NCBI GenBank assembly: GCA_964566505.1
Contig: CAZMIM010000001.1
Coordinates: forward strand, 199,690-263,689
Length of the DNA stretch: 64,000 nt
Direction: 5' to 3'
From: an uncultured Candidatus Saccharibacteria bacterium
Lineage (GTDB): Bacteria > Patescibacteriota > Minisyncoccia > Phycocordibacterales > PCTT01
Made by a program: the position numbers and the translations under genes. Positions 38,836 through 48,883 of this stretch are shown piece after piece. Within the stretch, counting starts at the first letter, position 1, and every line of letters begins with the position of its first letter. A model generated the notes under the pieces. The model was not told the DNA's origin. It ran no database searches and was given only the letters and a program-made list of their open reading frames with translations.

Positions 38836-39174
38836 CTATACAGAGGGGTCATTTACTTTATCCACATCTTGAATATTTTCTTGCCCTTTAATGCCCCACT
38901 GCCACTTTGGTTTTTCTCCCCTTTTATATGCAATACGTAAAAATGCAGATGTAAGAATTGCTACAGGTAAGAAAAAAGTAAATACCATTTCTTTTCCTGA
39001 GCTTGACTCATCAATAGTAAGTGCAAATAAGATCACAGCACCTAAAAATACAAGAGTAACTAGCCAACCTTGCCATGTTGCAGGTGTCCATCCCCAGCCA
39101 AAAATCTTTCGCTTAAACCAATACCCCTCTTGATTGTCTTTTAGATATGCGATATATCGGCTGAATATATTCAT
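38836..39174 (-). CDS. Hypothetical 2-TM protein
   Basis: WFKRK.FGWGWTPATWQGW ... GEKPKWQWG. Confidence 0.75.
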   Translation of the reverse strand: MNIFSRYIAYLKDNQEGYWFKRKIFGWGWTPATWQGWLVTLVFLGAVILFALTIDESSSGKEMVFTFFLPVAILTSAFLRIAYKRGEKPKWQWGIKGQENIQDVDKVNDPSV

Positions 39175-39175
39175 A

Positions 39176-39595
39176 TTATTTAAATATTACTTGTATCTCG
39201 AGTGCGTCGTCATGTTCTGGTAAGCCAGATGCGTTTGCTTTTTGAAGTATTAGTGTCCCCCGCTCCCCATACTCAGGTCTTTCAAAATCTATTGTCGCTG
39301 TAAATGGCACAAAATCTGTGGTCATCCATTCATCTTGTGCGGTTGCATAACCTTCTGCGATTATGAGGCCATCCCAGTTAGTAAGAACAATTGGAAAGTT
39401 TGCTTCAAAAAACCATTGTCCGCGTGCTTCACCTGTAATCTCAAGTGGTGACGATATTGTTTCTCCATCTGAAATATTTGAAGAAATTAGGTCATTATAA
39501 ACCGTTGGCGCATGCGCTTCTTCAAATGAAAGTAAGTAATATCCTAAAAATACCACCGCGAGTAATATAATTGCTGAGATAAGATTTCTTTTCAT
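39176..39595 (-). CDS. Gmad2-type Ig-like domain surface protein
   Basis: SPL.ITGEARG.WFFEANFP, WMTTDFVPF, NASGLP. Confidence 0.8.
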   Translation of the reverse strand: MKRNLISAIILLAVVFLGYYLLSFEEAHAPTVYNDLISSNISDGETISSPLEITGEARGQWFFEANFPIVLTNWDGLIIAEGYATAQDEWMTTDFVPFTATIDFERPEYGERGTLILQKANASGLPEHDDALEIQVIFK

Positions 39596-39749
39596 GAGTT
39601 TATTATAACACCAGTTTTATAACTGGAGACTAGGTCACTCTCGTGGATATTTCGCTTGTTGGCCGACTCGGGCTAGAACCGTGTTCGGTCAAGCCCTGTT
39701 TGACGGAATAGCTCTATTTTACACCCATTAAACGACGCGTCTCGAGCGC

Positions 39750-40463
39750 TTAAGAAATAGTTTGTTTAGCCGATTCCTCGATCTCTTTTTCTAGGACTGA
39801 GATCTCCTGCTTTAAATCTCCATCCGACACTTCAATATCCCAACTCTTATTGGTGTTTGCATACCAAATACCTTTTCCGGAAAGTCTTGAGATGTGAATT
39901 CGCACCAAGCTCAATAGCTCTTTTGTTTCCTTTTCGAGTCTATCCATCAGACCGGGCATCTGAGCAAACGCACCTGTTATGTAGTGCCAGTTCTCAGCTT
40001 CAAGAACACGACCCCCGATCATAATATCTTCAAACCTGGTGAGAGTGTAATTCATGGATTGCGAATCTACATTGATTAGGAGAAATATTGGTTAATAACA
40101 CTGAGGCTTCCCAGATCAATACTCAGTTCCTTTCTCACAGGAAGCTCTATAAGTCGGTTATGTGTTAGCTTGTGCGTTTCCAAGATCCTTTGGGTTTTCA
40201 AAGCATTTGTCCTGTTCAAACCTATAGTATCGATATGCTCATTTAACAACCTTTCTAAGATTACTAGCGCGTCACGATGCTTAATAAAACGCTCGTAGCG
40301 CTTTATGATGCGGTAACTCACGATACCAAAGAGAAAAGCAAAGAATGCTCCATAAACTTTTATGAATATTTGGCACCGCGAATAGAACCCAAATAAAAAA
40401 TACTGCGGTCCAGATAACAACTGCAAGTTCACGATTATTGAAAATACCAAGAATATCAAACAT
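39750..40463 (-). pseudogene. Fragmented hypothetical gene(s)
   Basis: Three out-of-frame pieces (40281-40463, 40076-40459, 39750-40055). Confidence 0.5.
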
Positions 40464-40473
40464 GGTACTTCTA

Positions 40474-43400
40474 TTAACTTCGTCGACTTGTTACTTTCTT
40501 GGAGGATTTCTTTTTCGCTATTTTCTTTGTCGTCTTTTTGGCAACCTTCTTTTTAGGTGTAACAAACTTTGTACAGTCAATAGAAACAGGAGTGACTCCC
40601 TTTATCTTGCTAAATTCTTCTTTTATACGAGGAAGTGTCCGTATACTGCTATTAACAATAATGAGAAAGATGCCGTAATCTGCACCATACCCTCGCATGT
40701 ATTGACTCAAGCTCTTGTATGACTTTGAGGAGCTGACGCTTGTTGAACGAATGTCGCTATTTGATGTAAGTTTAACTTCCAAAATAACAGGACCTACAAA
40801 TCCGTATCGAATTATCAAATCGACTCGTTTGTCATCTAGCAAATCAGGCTCTCGCAAAAGATCAACGTGAAAACCTCGTTTAAGCATCACGTTTTCAATC
40901 TGTGATTTTAATGTCTTCTGAATCAATTTCTCGTACTCCTGTTTCTTCGTTTCGTAAATCTTACCTGTGAGAATAAGTTCATATGCTCCCTCTCCCTCAA
41001 TCCATCGACGTAAATCGGTATCAATCGCGTCATGTAAATGACGAGCCAGGTCTGCAGAAGTAATGATCCGCTTATCATCGTACTCCCGTGCTGAATTATA
41101 TTTTCGAACAGCTTCGGCAAACTGTGACGGTTTACCAATGGTATTGAGGTATGAACGGCGTAAGCTAACCATGCGAGCTGCAAGCCAATTCGCCCCCTCT
41201 TTTTTATTACCAACTAAAGCAATCTTTTCTTCAAGTAAACGCAAAGGCTTGTAGTCCCCATACTCTTTTAAGTTTTCGAAGTACGCATAAACTATTTCCC
41301 ATAAATATTGAGCATAAGGATGGTAACCGTCGCCGAGTGCCCAAACCTCGAGAGCCTTATCTATAAGATCTAAAAATTTTTCTTCGAATCCATAACTTTT
41401 TAATTCCATGAGTGGTTTTGCAAACTCTTTCCCAAAATGAAGTTCATCCTCAAAAGGCGTTACATCTTGAACAACACCAGATCTTGGTCTTATAGCACTT
41501 GCTGCAACTCTTGCCTGCACCTGTTCTAAGCGCCAATGTACTGCTTCTGGCTTAGCATACTTAGTAATGAGCAAACCATTAGCCTTTGTAGCAATAGCTT
41601 TCTCGTCATTAGACCCTTCTATGTATTCCGAAAAGATTTCCTTGAGGAAACCCTCATCCGGCTGAAGTAGTTCAGCCACAGACAAAGATTGCTCTCGATC
41701 ATACCTTCGGAATTGTGTCTCTCGCACAAAATCACGAAGGATCTGTCCAGCTGCAGTTAAATTATATTGCTCTGCTGCTTCGATAAGTGAGTCTGGTTGC
41801 CACCTCCACAAATCGCTATCTCGGTCGTTATAAATCCTTATCACAGAGTTTAGTTCTTCCGCAGAAAAATCGGGTACTAATTCAAACACGGTCTTTAAAT
41901 TTTCACTGTGCGCGAATGGTATAAAGCGAGCTATATTTGATCGATACGGTGTTATATCTATACCTCGATGTTTTGCTGCAGCAAGAGCATCTCCAAAAAC
42001 TATTGCTGCTCCGCTTGTAGTGTAGTTTCTGCTCGAACCTCCATCAGTCTCCGAATTTATTGTTAATCCGCGCTCTGCAGGATCGTGCCTAAGTACCTCC
42101 TGACGAATAAGCGTATCGAATCGCTCCCGATCAGCATCGCTCATTAATTTTTCGAGTTTCTCGACATTTGAATTGTAATCATGGAAAACTCGTGTCATGT
42201 ATTGTTGTGGAGCTGGTTCAAGTGCATTACGAAACTCCGAAAGAATTCTTTCATCGTACACATGCTCATGATCTGACGGTGGTTGTCTGCGTGCCTCCTC
42301 ATATTCTCTATAAGAATCAGGTAATTTTTCACGCCCTGCCTCATAAATAGCATCTGAGTCTTCGTCTCCTCGCAACTTAATACGAATTAAAGTATTCATT
42401 AAATGCATTTTGTGTAAGCCAGCTTCTAGCATCATATCTATATATTGACCAACATCAGACGGTGTGAGTATCTCTGCAAATAAATCTTGTGCAAAATATA
42501 AACCATTCTCTCCATCATCACTGTTCTGGATTTGACGAATGAGATTAGGAATAAAATCAGGATTCTCTTCACGCAAAAAATGCATTAATCCAATTACAAA
42601 CTGCGATTCTCCGCGTGTGTGTGCAACGGAGTAGTGTAAAGATTTTACAATTACCTCTAAGACAATTTCTCGCATCTCTTCGTCTGCAACAGCGCGAATA
42701 TGATCAACTAGCACATGGTCTTTGTCTTTGAAAATCGAGGAATCGTCCAGAAATTCCCTACGAAGTTGTTCATCTTCGTTATATTTTCGCAAGAAACGCT
42801 TCAGAGCACCGAGTCCCGTAACCTCGAAGAGTCCATATCTTCCGTGCAAATCATTGCTCCTTATGAGTTTTATGAATGCATCGACACTTTCATCTTTGTT
42901 AGGGTCAAGTTCACTACACAAAGAAACAAACTCCCTCATGACGAGTTCATCAGGAGCATTGGTCAAATCTGGTAATTCATCGATAACTGTCGGATCTCCA
43001 AGTTTTGCTAATGCCAATAATGCATGGCGCGGCAAGACTCCATTGTCAGATTGTCCAGATGCATAACTTATGAGCCGCCCACGCCAATAAGTGATATCAA
43101 TCTCCAATCCAGCACGTAATAAATAAGAAATTACATAAGATATGTTTCCTAAAGGAACATAGTACTTTGTTTCATTCGAGGTGAATGCCTCAGCCTCTTC
43201 AGTTTGTGCCTTTAAAAAAGATTCTAGGCTTGATGAATAGAACCCAGGAAGAGACGAGGTGAGCTGCCCAGGAATCCATTGTAATTTTGTATTGTGATAA
43301 GAAACAGAATCGATAAACAAACGCTCTTTGGTGGTGTCGGGAATAAATTTTGGATTAACTCTACTTAGGAAGTTGAAGAAGGCCTCGTCGACAACCTTAA

Positions 43401-44568
43401 ATGCCTGTCCATGAATTCCAGAGAAATCCAAAAGCTGACCGAGTATATCTCGATCCATATCAACAAAAAAACTAAGAGTGTTATACCAAGATGGATAAAA
43501 TTCATTTATCGTTTCGTCAGCAGCAAAACTAAAAGTTGCCCGTCTTGGTTCTGGGAATCGTGTCAATTCTTTTGCTGCAAGATATTCTTGAAATTCAGCA
43601 TTCTCAAATTCAATACTGTTCGTGTCCTCTTTTGAAATTTGCAATAATGAATTTTTCAAAAGGATATCGATACCTACTTGGGCAAGTACCATTAACTTGA
43701 TATCGGACCTTACATCGTCAAAAAAAGTTACTAACTCATCGCGAGTAATTGAATTCGCTTGATAAATCTCCATTGTCAAAGCCAACTTCTCCAACAGTCG
43801 CTTTAACACTTGCTCCATTTCACGAATATCTTGATTATTCTGAGCTTCAATTCTTAATTTTGAATAGATAAAATGTTCAAAAAGTTCATTTCTTGATATC
43901 TCCTGTACATCAGTAACTGACTTATCAGTCATAAACTGCTCAAAGAGAAAAAGATAGCGTGGAATTTGGATAATAATCCTTCCATGAAATTGCATTGCTC
44001 GCTGCATTAACACATCAATGTCAGCAGAGCTACGGCTTCCACTAGAGAGATATTCCCTGAGCTGATTCGAGGTAAATGGTTTTATGGAAATAAAACGATA
44101 TTTAGAAAAGACATTTGCATATCTTTCCATAAATACCCAACGACTTGATATATAAATAATTAGATTTGGGTACTGACGGGATATATTCTGGACCTCCTGA
44201 AGAATGTCAGAAAAATGTGATGAGGGAACCTCATCTAAAGCATCAAGTAATAATGCTTTTGGTTTCTTTGTTCCTTTCTTCACAAAGTTACTTATTTCCT
44301 CGAAAGAATTTGGAGATCGAAGAGGAATAAACTTAGTTGTAAATCCTTTGCTCTGAAATTCCACATCAATTCTCTTCATTAACTCTGTTTTGCCAATACC
44401 AGGCTCTCCAACCACTATCGTATTTTTATCTTGGGTAAGATCAGAGATAGTAGTTGGACTAGCATCGTCAAAAACAAAACCATGACCATATTTCCCATAC
44501 TCTTCTTTTGCCTCCTTAAAAGTAGAGGATACTTCTGTTACTGGGAATATATATCGAGAATCATCCAT
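40474..44568 (-). CDS. STAND/NACHT-like NTPase with helical repeats and C-terminal PD-(D/E)xK-like nuclease
   Basis: Walker A GEPGIGKT, Walker B LLLDALDE, F.N..FQEYLAA, C-terminal RVDL...ILEVK. Confidence 0.75.
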   Translation of the reverse strand: MDDSRYIFPVTEVSSTFKEAKEEYGKYGHGFVFDDASPTTISDLTQDKNTIVVGEPGIGKTELMKRIDVEFQSKGFTTKFIPLRSPNSFEEISNFVKKGTKKPKALLLDALDEVPSSHFSDILQEVQNISRQYPNLIIYISSRWVFMERYANVFSKYRFISIKPFTSNQLREYLSSGSRSSADIDVLMQRAMQFHGRIIIQIPRYLFLFEQFMTDKSVTDVQEISRNELFEHFIYSKLRIEAQNNQDIREMEQVLKRLLEKLALTMEIYQANSITRDELVTFFDDVRSDIKLMVLAQVGIDILLKNSLLQISKEDTNSIEFENAEFQEYLAAKELTRFPEPRRATFSFAADETINEFYPSWYNTLSFFVDMDRDILGQLLDFSGIHGQAFKVVDEAFFNFLSRVNPKFIPDTTKERLFIDSVSYHNTKLQWIPGQLTSSLPGFYSSSLESFLKAQTEEAEAFTSNETKYYVPLGNISYVISYLLRAGLEIDITYWRGRLISYASGQSDNGVLPRHALLALAKLGDPTVIDELPDLTNAPDELVMREFVSLCSELDPNKDESVDAFIKLIRSNDLHGRYGLFEVTGLGALKRFLRKYNEDEQLRREFLDDSSIFKDKDHVLVDHIRAVADEEMREIVLEVIVKSLHYSVAHTRGESQFVIGLMHFLREENPDFIPNLIRQIQNSDDGENGLYFAQDLFAEILTPSDVGQYIDMMLEAGLHKMHLMNTLIRIKLRGDEDSDAIYEAGREKLPDSYREYEEARRQPPSDHEHVYDERILSEFRNALEPAPQQYMTRVFHDYNSNVEKLEKLMSDADRERFDTLIRQEVLRHDPAERGLTINSETDGGSSRNYTTSGAAIVFGDALAAAKHRGIDITPYRSNIARFIPFAHSENLKTVFELVPDFSAEELNSVIRIYNDRDSDLWRWQPDSLIEAAEQYNLTAAGQILRDFVRETQFRRYDREQSLSVAELLQPDEGFLKEIFSEYIEGSNDEKAIATKANGLLITKYAKPEAVHWRLEQVQARVAASAIRPRSGVVQDVTPFEDELHFGKEFAKPLMELKSYGFEEKFLDLIDKALEVWALGDGYHPYAQYLWEIVYAYFENLKEYGDYKPLRLLEEKIALVGNKKEGANWLAARMVSLRRSYLNTIGKPSQFAEAVRKYNSAREYDDKRIITSADLARHLHDAIDTDLRRWIEGEGAYELILTGKIYETKKQEYEKLIQKTLKSQIENVMLKRGFHVDLLREPDLLDDKRVDLIIRYGFVGPVILEVKLTSNSDIRSTSVSSSKSYKSLSQYMRGYGADYGIFLIIVNSSIRTLPRIKEEFSKIKGVTPVSIDCTKFVTPKKKVAKKTTKKIAKKKSSKKVTSRRS

Positions 44569-44587
44569 AACAACAAATTATTACAAC

Positions 44588-44899
44588 CTACTTATGCCTA
44601 GCAGCACGAAGAAGTTTACGTGCCAAGGCCTCAAGCTCAGCGTCAGATCCTGCAGTTTTCTTCCTTACAGATTTTGAAGGTCGACCGAGAAAGTATTCGT
44701 AATCCTTCATAAACAAATCTGCGAGTATCACTAGATCTCTAATTTTCAAACTTCGCTCTCCTCTTTCAATAAGAGAAATAGCGGTTGGAGAATCAAATTC
44801 CAGTATTTGAGCAAGGTTTGTTTGTGAATATCCAGCTTCAAGTCGACATTCACGTATCTTCTCACCTAATTGTTTATCGAATTCATGGTCAGTCGCCAT
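44588..44899 (-). CDS. XRE-family HTH regulator
   Basis: LG.KIRE.R...GYSQ..LA...ISLIERG.R. Confidence 0.9.
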   Translation of the reverse strand: MATDHEFDKQLGEKIRECRLEAGYSQTNLAQILEFDSPTAISLIERGERSLKIRDLVILADLFMKDYEYFLGRPSKSVRKKTAGSDAELEALARKLLRAARHK

Positions 44900-45020
44900 A
44901 ACTACTGCATTATATTATCCACAATTTGATTTGAAAAGATTAATCAAAATGATAAACTTGTTTATATAAGGAGTAGTGGTAGCAATCAAGCAATTAGAAG
45001 AATCATTATGAAAACAGCAT

Positions 45021-46289
45021 ATGAAAAAACTTGCTTGGTCTACAACCCAACAAAAGGTTAACGATCTGCTCCCCCAGGAGGTTAATCCCCGCACTATTTC
45101 CGACAAGCAAATGTCGGATCTTAAAAGAAGCCTCAAGAAATACAATCTTGTGGAGATTCCCGCTATTGATGTAGATGGGACGATATTAGCTGGTCATCAG
45201 CGTATTAAGGCACTGCAACTCCTTGGGCGCGGTGAGGATATGATTGATGTCCGTGTACCCAACCGAAAACTCACCAAGGAAGAATCTAAAACATATCTCA
45301 TAGCGTCCAACAAGCTTGGCGGTGACTGGGATTTTGATCTTCTGAAGTCTTTTGATTTCGATACCTTGGAGTTCGCAGGGTTTGATCCCATCGAAGTCGG
45401 GGAACTCTTCGACAGAGATAACGAAGTTGCCGAAGAAGACTTTGATGTTGAGAAAGAACTAAAAAAGATTAAGAAGCCAAAAACAAAGCTTGGCGACATC
45501 GTTGTTCTTGGTAATCACCGTATTCTATGTGGCGACTCCACTAAGAAAGAGAACCTGAAGAGACTCTTCGGGAACAAAAAGGCATCGATGATATACAGCG
45601 ACCCTGTATACAACATTGATATCGACTATGACGGTGGTATTGGCGGAAAGAAAGAATACGGCGGAGATGTAAACGATACACGTTCGTTCGATGAGTACCG
45701 CACATTCCTCAACGACAGCATGGAAGCAGCACTTGCCGTTTCCAAAGAAGACCTACATATCTTCTATTGGTGCGATCAGATATACATCGGCGTTGTACAA
45801 AACCTGTACCGGTGGCTTGGTATTGCTAATAAGCGTGTGTGTTTGTGGCTCAAGAATAATCAGAACCCTGTTCCCTCGGTTGCGTTCAATAAAGCGTATG
45901 AACCTGCGGTATACGGCGTACGAGGCAAACCATACCTCGCCAACATACATAACCTCAACGAGGTAATGAATAAGGAACTCGGTACTGGCAATTCCCTGCT
46001 CGACGACATCTGGACAGCAAAACGTCTGACCGCCAAAGAGTACGAGCACGCCACATCAAAACCGCCACAGCTTCACGAGAAAGCGATTAAACGCTGCACC
46101 AAACCAAACGACATTATTCTCGACAGTTTCCTTGGTTCTGGCAGCACCCTTATTGCCGCAGAATCACTTGGTCGAAGAGTATATGGGTGTGAACTTGAAC
46201 CTGCGTTCTGCGATCTCATCGTTCGGAGATGGGAAAAGCTAACAGGCAAGAAAGTGTCCTATGAAAAAGACAAAGGTACTGGTAAATAA
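45021..46289 (+). CDS. ParB-N-fused DNA methyltransferase (N6A/N4C, phage-type)
   Basis: NPR...AGHQR ParB-like start; DPVY catalytic motif; H.TSKP; DSFLGSGST. Confidence 0.9.
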   Translation: MKKLAWSTTQQKVNDLLPQEVNPRTISDKQMSDLKRSLKKYNLVEIPAIDVDGTILAGHQRIKALQLLGRGEDMIDVRVPNRKLTKEESKTYLIASNKLGGDWDFDLLKSFDFDTLEFAGFDPIEVGELFDRDNEVAEEDFDVEKELKKIKKPKTKLGDIVVLGNHRILCGDSTKKENLKRLFGNKKASMIYSDPVYNIDIDYDGGIGGKKEYGGDVNDTRSFDEYRTFLNDSMEAALAVSKEDLHIFYWCDQIYIGVVQNLYRWLGIANKRVCLWLKNNQNPVPSVAFNKAYEPAVYGVRGKPYLANIHNLNEVMNKELGTGNSLLDDIWTAKRLTAKEYEHATSKPPQLHEKAIKRCTKPNDIILDSFLGSGSTLIAAESLGRRVYGCELEPAFCDLIVRRWEKLTGKKVSYEKDKGTGK

Positions 46290-46830
46290 ACTGCTTGCGG
46301 AAATTGAGAAAGCTCCTGTTATACAAGTGGCGTGCGATAAGGTAGGTATCTCAAGAAACACCTTCTACCGTTGGATCAAAGAGGACTCTGAGCTTATGGA
46401 GCGCATGAGTGAAGCCATGTCTCTTGGCACTGGGTTGGCAAATGATGTTGCGATAAGTAACGTTTTAGAGGGTGTAAAAAGAAAAGATCCGATGTACACA
46501 AAGTACTGGCTGAGCCACAAACATCCTGACTTCAGGAGACCCTTCGTCCATAAGGTTGACTCTGATGATCTACTCACTCATTTCCGGTCTGTTATGGAAG
46601 GTATACGGAAACGTGAAATTGCTCAAGAAATTGCAGATGAAGCAACCAGAATTGAAGGCGTAAGATTAGAGAAGGCACGAGAAGAAGTACAGGGATTCAT
46701 GGACAAGTGGAAAAATGTAATAAGCGAATCTCAACACAAAGAAGCCAGGAAACTATTCGAAGAATGGAAAGAAGACTTCCTCAGTGAAAAAGCTAGCCAA
46801 GCACAGCGCCTTAAAAAGCCAAAGAAATAA
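46261..46830 (+). CDS. HTH protein, phage terminase-small-subunit-like
   Basis: AC.KVGISR.TFYRW; overlaps the MTase end. Confidence 0.7.
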   Translation: MKKTKVLVNKLLAEIEKAPVIQVACDKVGISRNTFYRWIKEDSELMERMSEAMSLGTGLANDVAISNVLEGVKRKDPMYTKYWLSHKHPDFRRPFVHKVDSDDLLTHFRSVMEGIRKREIAQEIADEATRIEGVRLEKAREEVQGFMDKWKNVISESQHKEARKLFEEWKEDFLSEKASQAQRLKKPKK

Positions 46831-47173
46831 ATCCCCAAATAGTTATTACAACGAACACAGCAATAATGATCCAATACTTCTTGTTCCTTCTTGTGGTTTC
46901 TTGTTTTTCTTCCGCAATAACTTCTTCAATATCTTTTTCAGAATCCATTTCTTGAAGAATCTTCTTTGCTCTTGGCGAGTCTAAAGGAATCATGTCTGTA
47001 CTCTGACATTTTGCACATGCCGGGTGATACGAACTAGATCGCCATACTGAATAAATAAGACCAGGAACAAGAAAGCAGAGCCATAGTACGATTTCAACAC
47101 CAAGACTTCCTTTTGCTAATCTTTTCGGTTTACCAACGTGACCGCACTGGGTACAAATTAATGTTTTTGCCAT
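46811..47173 (-). CDS. Zinc-ribbon membrane protein
   Basis: CTQC ... TM ... CAKC, plus C-terminal TM. Confidence 0.7.
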   Translation of the reverse strand: MAKTLICTQCGHVGKPKRLAKGSLGVEIVLWLCFLVPGLIYSVWRSSSYHPACAKCQSTDMIPLDSPRAKKILQEMDSEKDIEEVIAEEKQETTRRNKKYWIIIAVFVVITIWGFISLAF

Positions 47174-47503
47174 AGATTTTTTAATGACGAATAAATCTTA
47201 TGGCGGGTAACAAAAAGCCCGCCACCAAGTAGAGCCGAAGCTCATATCCCAAGTTTCCCTGGAATAGCTCAAGGAGAGACCCTTGATGACGGGTTCTTTA
47301 TTCTCCTTGAGACTTTTATATTCGGACCATACCGCCACAAACGTGTCGGGTTAGGTCGCTATATTGTGATGTCGAGCTCTTCGCTCAACATATACATAAT
47401 ATCGCTAAATAAAGGTGGTGTTAAGCAAGAAGCGAGTATGCGACGAATCACTGGTTCTGCATAGCTTAGCAAGACTAGTTTTCTCTGGCATTAATGGTTC
47501 CCT

Positions 47504-48883
47504 ATGGAACTAGCGAATATTACTCAATCAGCGTCTCAGCAAGCTGTCCAAATTGAGAAAGTAAAATATGTACTTTATGCTCGTAAATCGACCGAGCAAG
47601 ATGAGAAACAAGCACTCTCAATTGAGTCTCAAGTTAAAGAAATGCTTGCAATAGCTGAGCGAGAGAATCTAGAGATTGTTGATATTAGACGTGAGTCCCA
47701 CTCAGCAAAAAACTCGGGACAACGACCAGTCTTTAAAGAAATTCTTGAGGATATACGAAGAGAACGGTTCAACGGAATTCTCGTTTGGCATCCAGATAGA
47801 CTCAGCAGAAACGCTGGAGACTTAGGATCAGTTGTTGACCTTATGGACGAGAAATTACTTGTCCAAATAAGAACATACAGCCAAATATTCACCAACAACC
47901 CAAATGAGAAATTCCTCCTTATGATTCTTTGTTCTCAAGCGAAACTTGAGAACGACAACAAAAGCATCAACGTAAAGCGTGGTTTGAGGACAAGAGTTGA
48001 AATGGGACTTTGGCCAGCCCCTGCTCCAACTGGATATTTGAAAGAAAAACGAATGGATCGTAAATGCGAAACCATCATTGATCCAGAACGAGCGCCGGTT
48101 ATTAAACAAATGTTTGAGAAAGTCGCCTATGAAAAGTGGTCGGGGCGCAAACTCTATAACTGGCTCAAATTTGATCTCAATTTCAAAACTGTTGGAGGAA
48201 ACAAGAATCTCACGCTAGGAAATATCTATGTCATCCTCCAAAATCACTTTTACTACGGCACATTTGAATATCCAAAGAAGAGCGGTAATTGGTATCAAGG
48301 AAAACACAAACCAATCATCACTAAAGAGCTTTTTGATCAGGCACAGATGCAGCTTAAAGGAAACGAGCTAAAGACTCGAAAAGAAAAAGAGTTTGCGTTC
48401 ACAAGGCTAATGATCTGCGGACTCTGTGGATCTGGAATTACCGCTGATGAAAAATACAAAAAATTGAAAGACGGCACTGTAAACACTCACATATACTATG
48501 GCTGCACTAAAGTACGAGATAGAAACTGTAAGTGTGGCTACATTAACGAAGCTGATTTGATAGCTCAGTTTGAGAAGCTAATTGATGAGATTAATTTGGA
48601 TGAAATTGGTATTAAAGAAAAGATTAAACAGGAAGTGGTTCGTTTCAAGAAATTTCAGCAAATGCTAGTAGGTAATATCCAGAAAATTGAAGTGGTAGAT
48701 ATAGATATACGAAATTATACGATATATCTTCTTAGAGAAGGTTCGATAGCAGAAAAACGAGAGCTGTTGGGTAATTTAAAAAGCAAAATTTTCCTTGCGA
48801 ATAAAGAAATTAGGCTTTCTCAAGATCTAACCTCTTTAGAGTCATTGCATTCACAACGACAATCACCGTTGAGAGGCTCATGA
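47504..48883 (+). CDS. Large serine recombinase with zinc ribbon
   Basis: YARKS, DRLSRN, GNWYQGKH.PII, CGLCG...YYGC...C. Confidence 0.95.
   Translation: MELANITQSASQQAVQIEKVKYVLYARKSTEQDEKQALSIESQVKEMLAIAERENLEIVDIRRESHSAKNSGQRPVFKEILEDIRRERFNGILVWHPDRLSRNAGDLGSVVDLMDEKLLVQIRTYSQIFTNNPNEKFLLMILCSQAKLENDNKSINVKRGLRTRVEMGLWPAPAPTGYLKEKRMDRKCETIIDPERAPVIKQMFEKVAYEKWSGRKLYNWLKFDLNFKTVGGNKNLTLGNIYVILQNHFYYGTFEYPKKSGNWYQGKHKPIITKELFDQAQMQLKGNELKTRKEKEFAFTRLMICGLCGSGITADEKYKKLKDGTVNTHIYYGCTKVRDRNCKCGYINEADLIAQFEKLIDEINLDEIGIKEKIKQEVVRFKKFQQMLVGNIQKIEVVDIDIRNYTIYLLREGSIAEKRELLGNLKSKIFLANKEIRLSQDLTSLESLHSQRQSPLRGS

Noticed and set aside
39655-39690. TTGGCCGACTCGGGCTAGAACC as an att duplicate of the tRNA-Gln 3' end
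   Set aside because: Similarity is weak and gapped, so it cannot define the island boundary.
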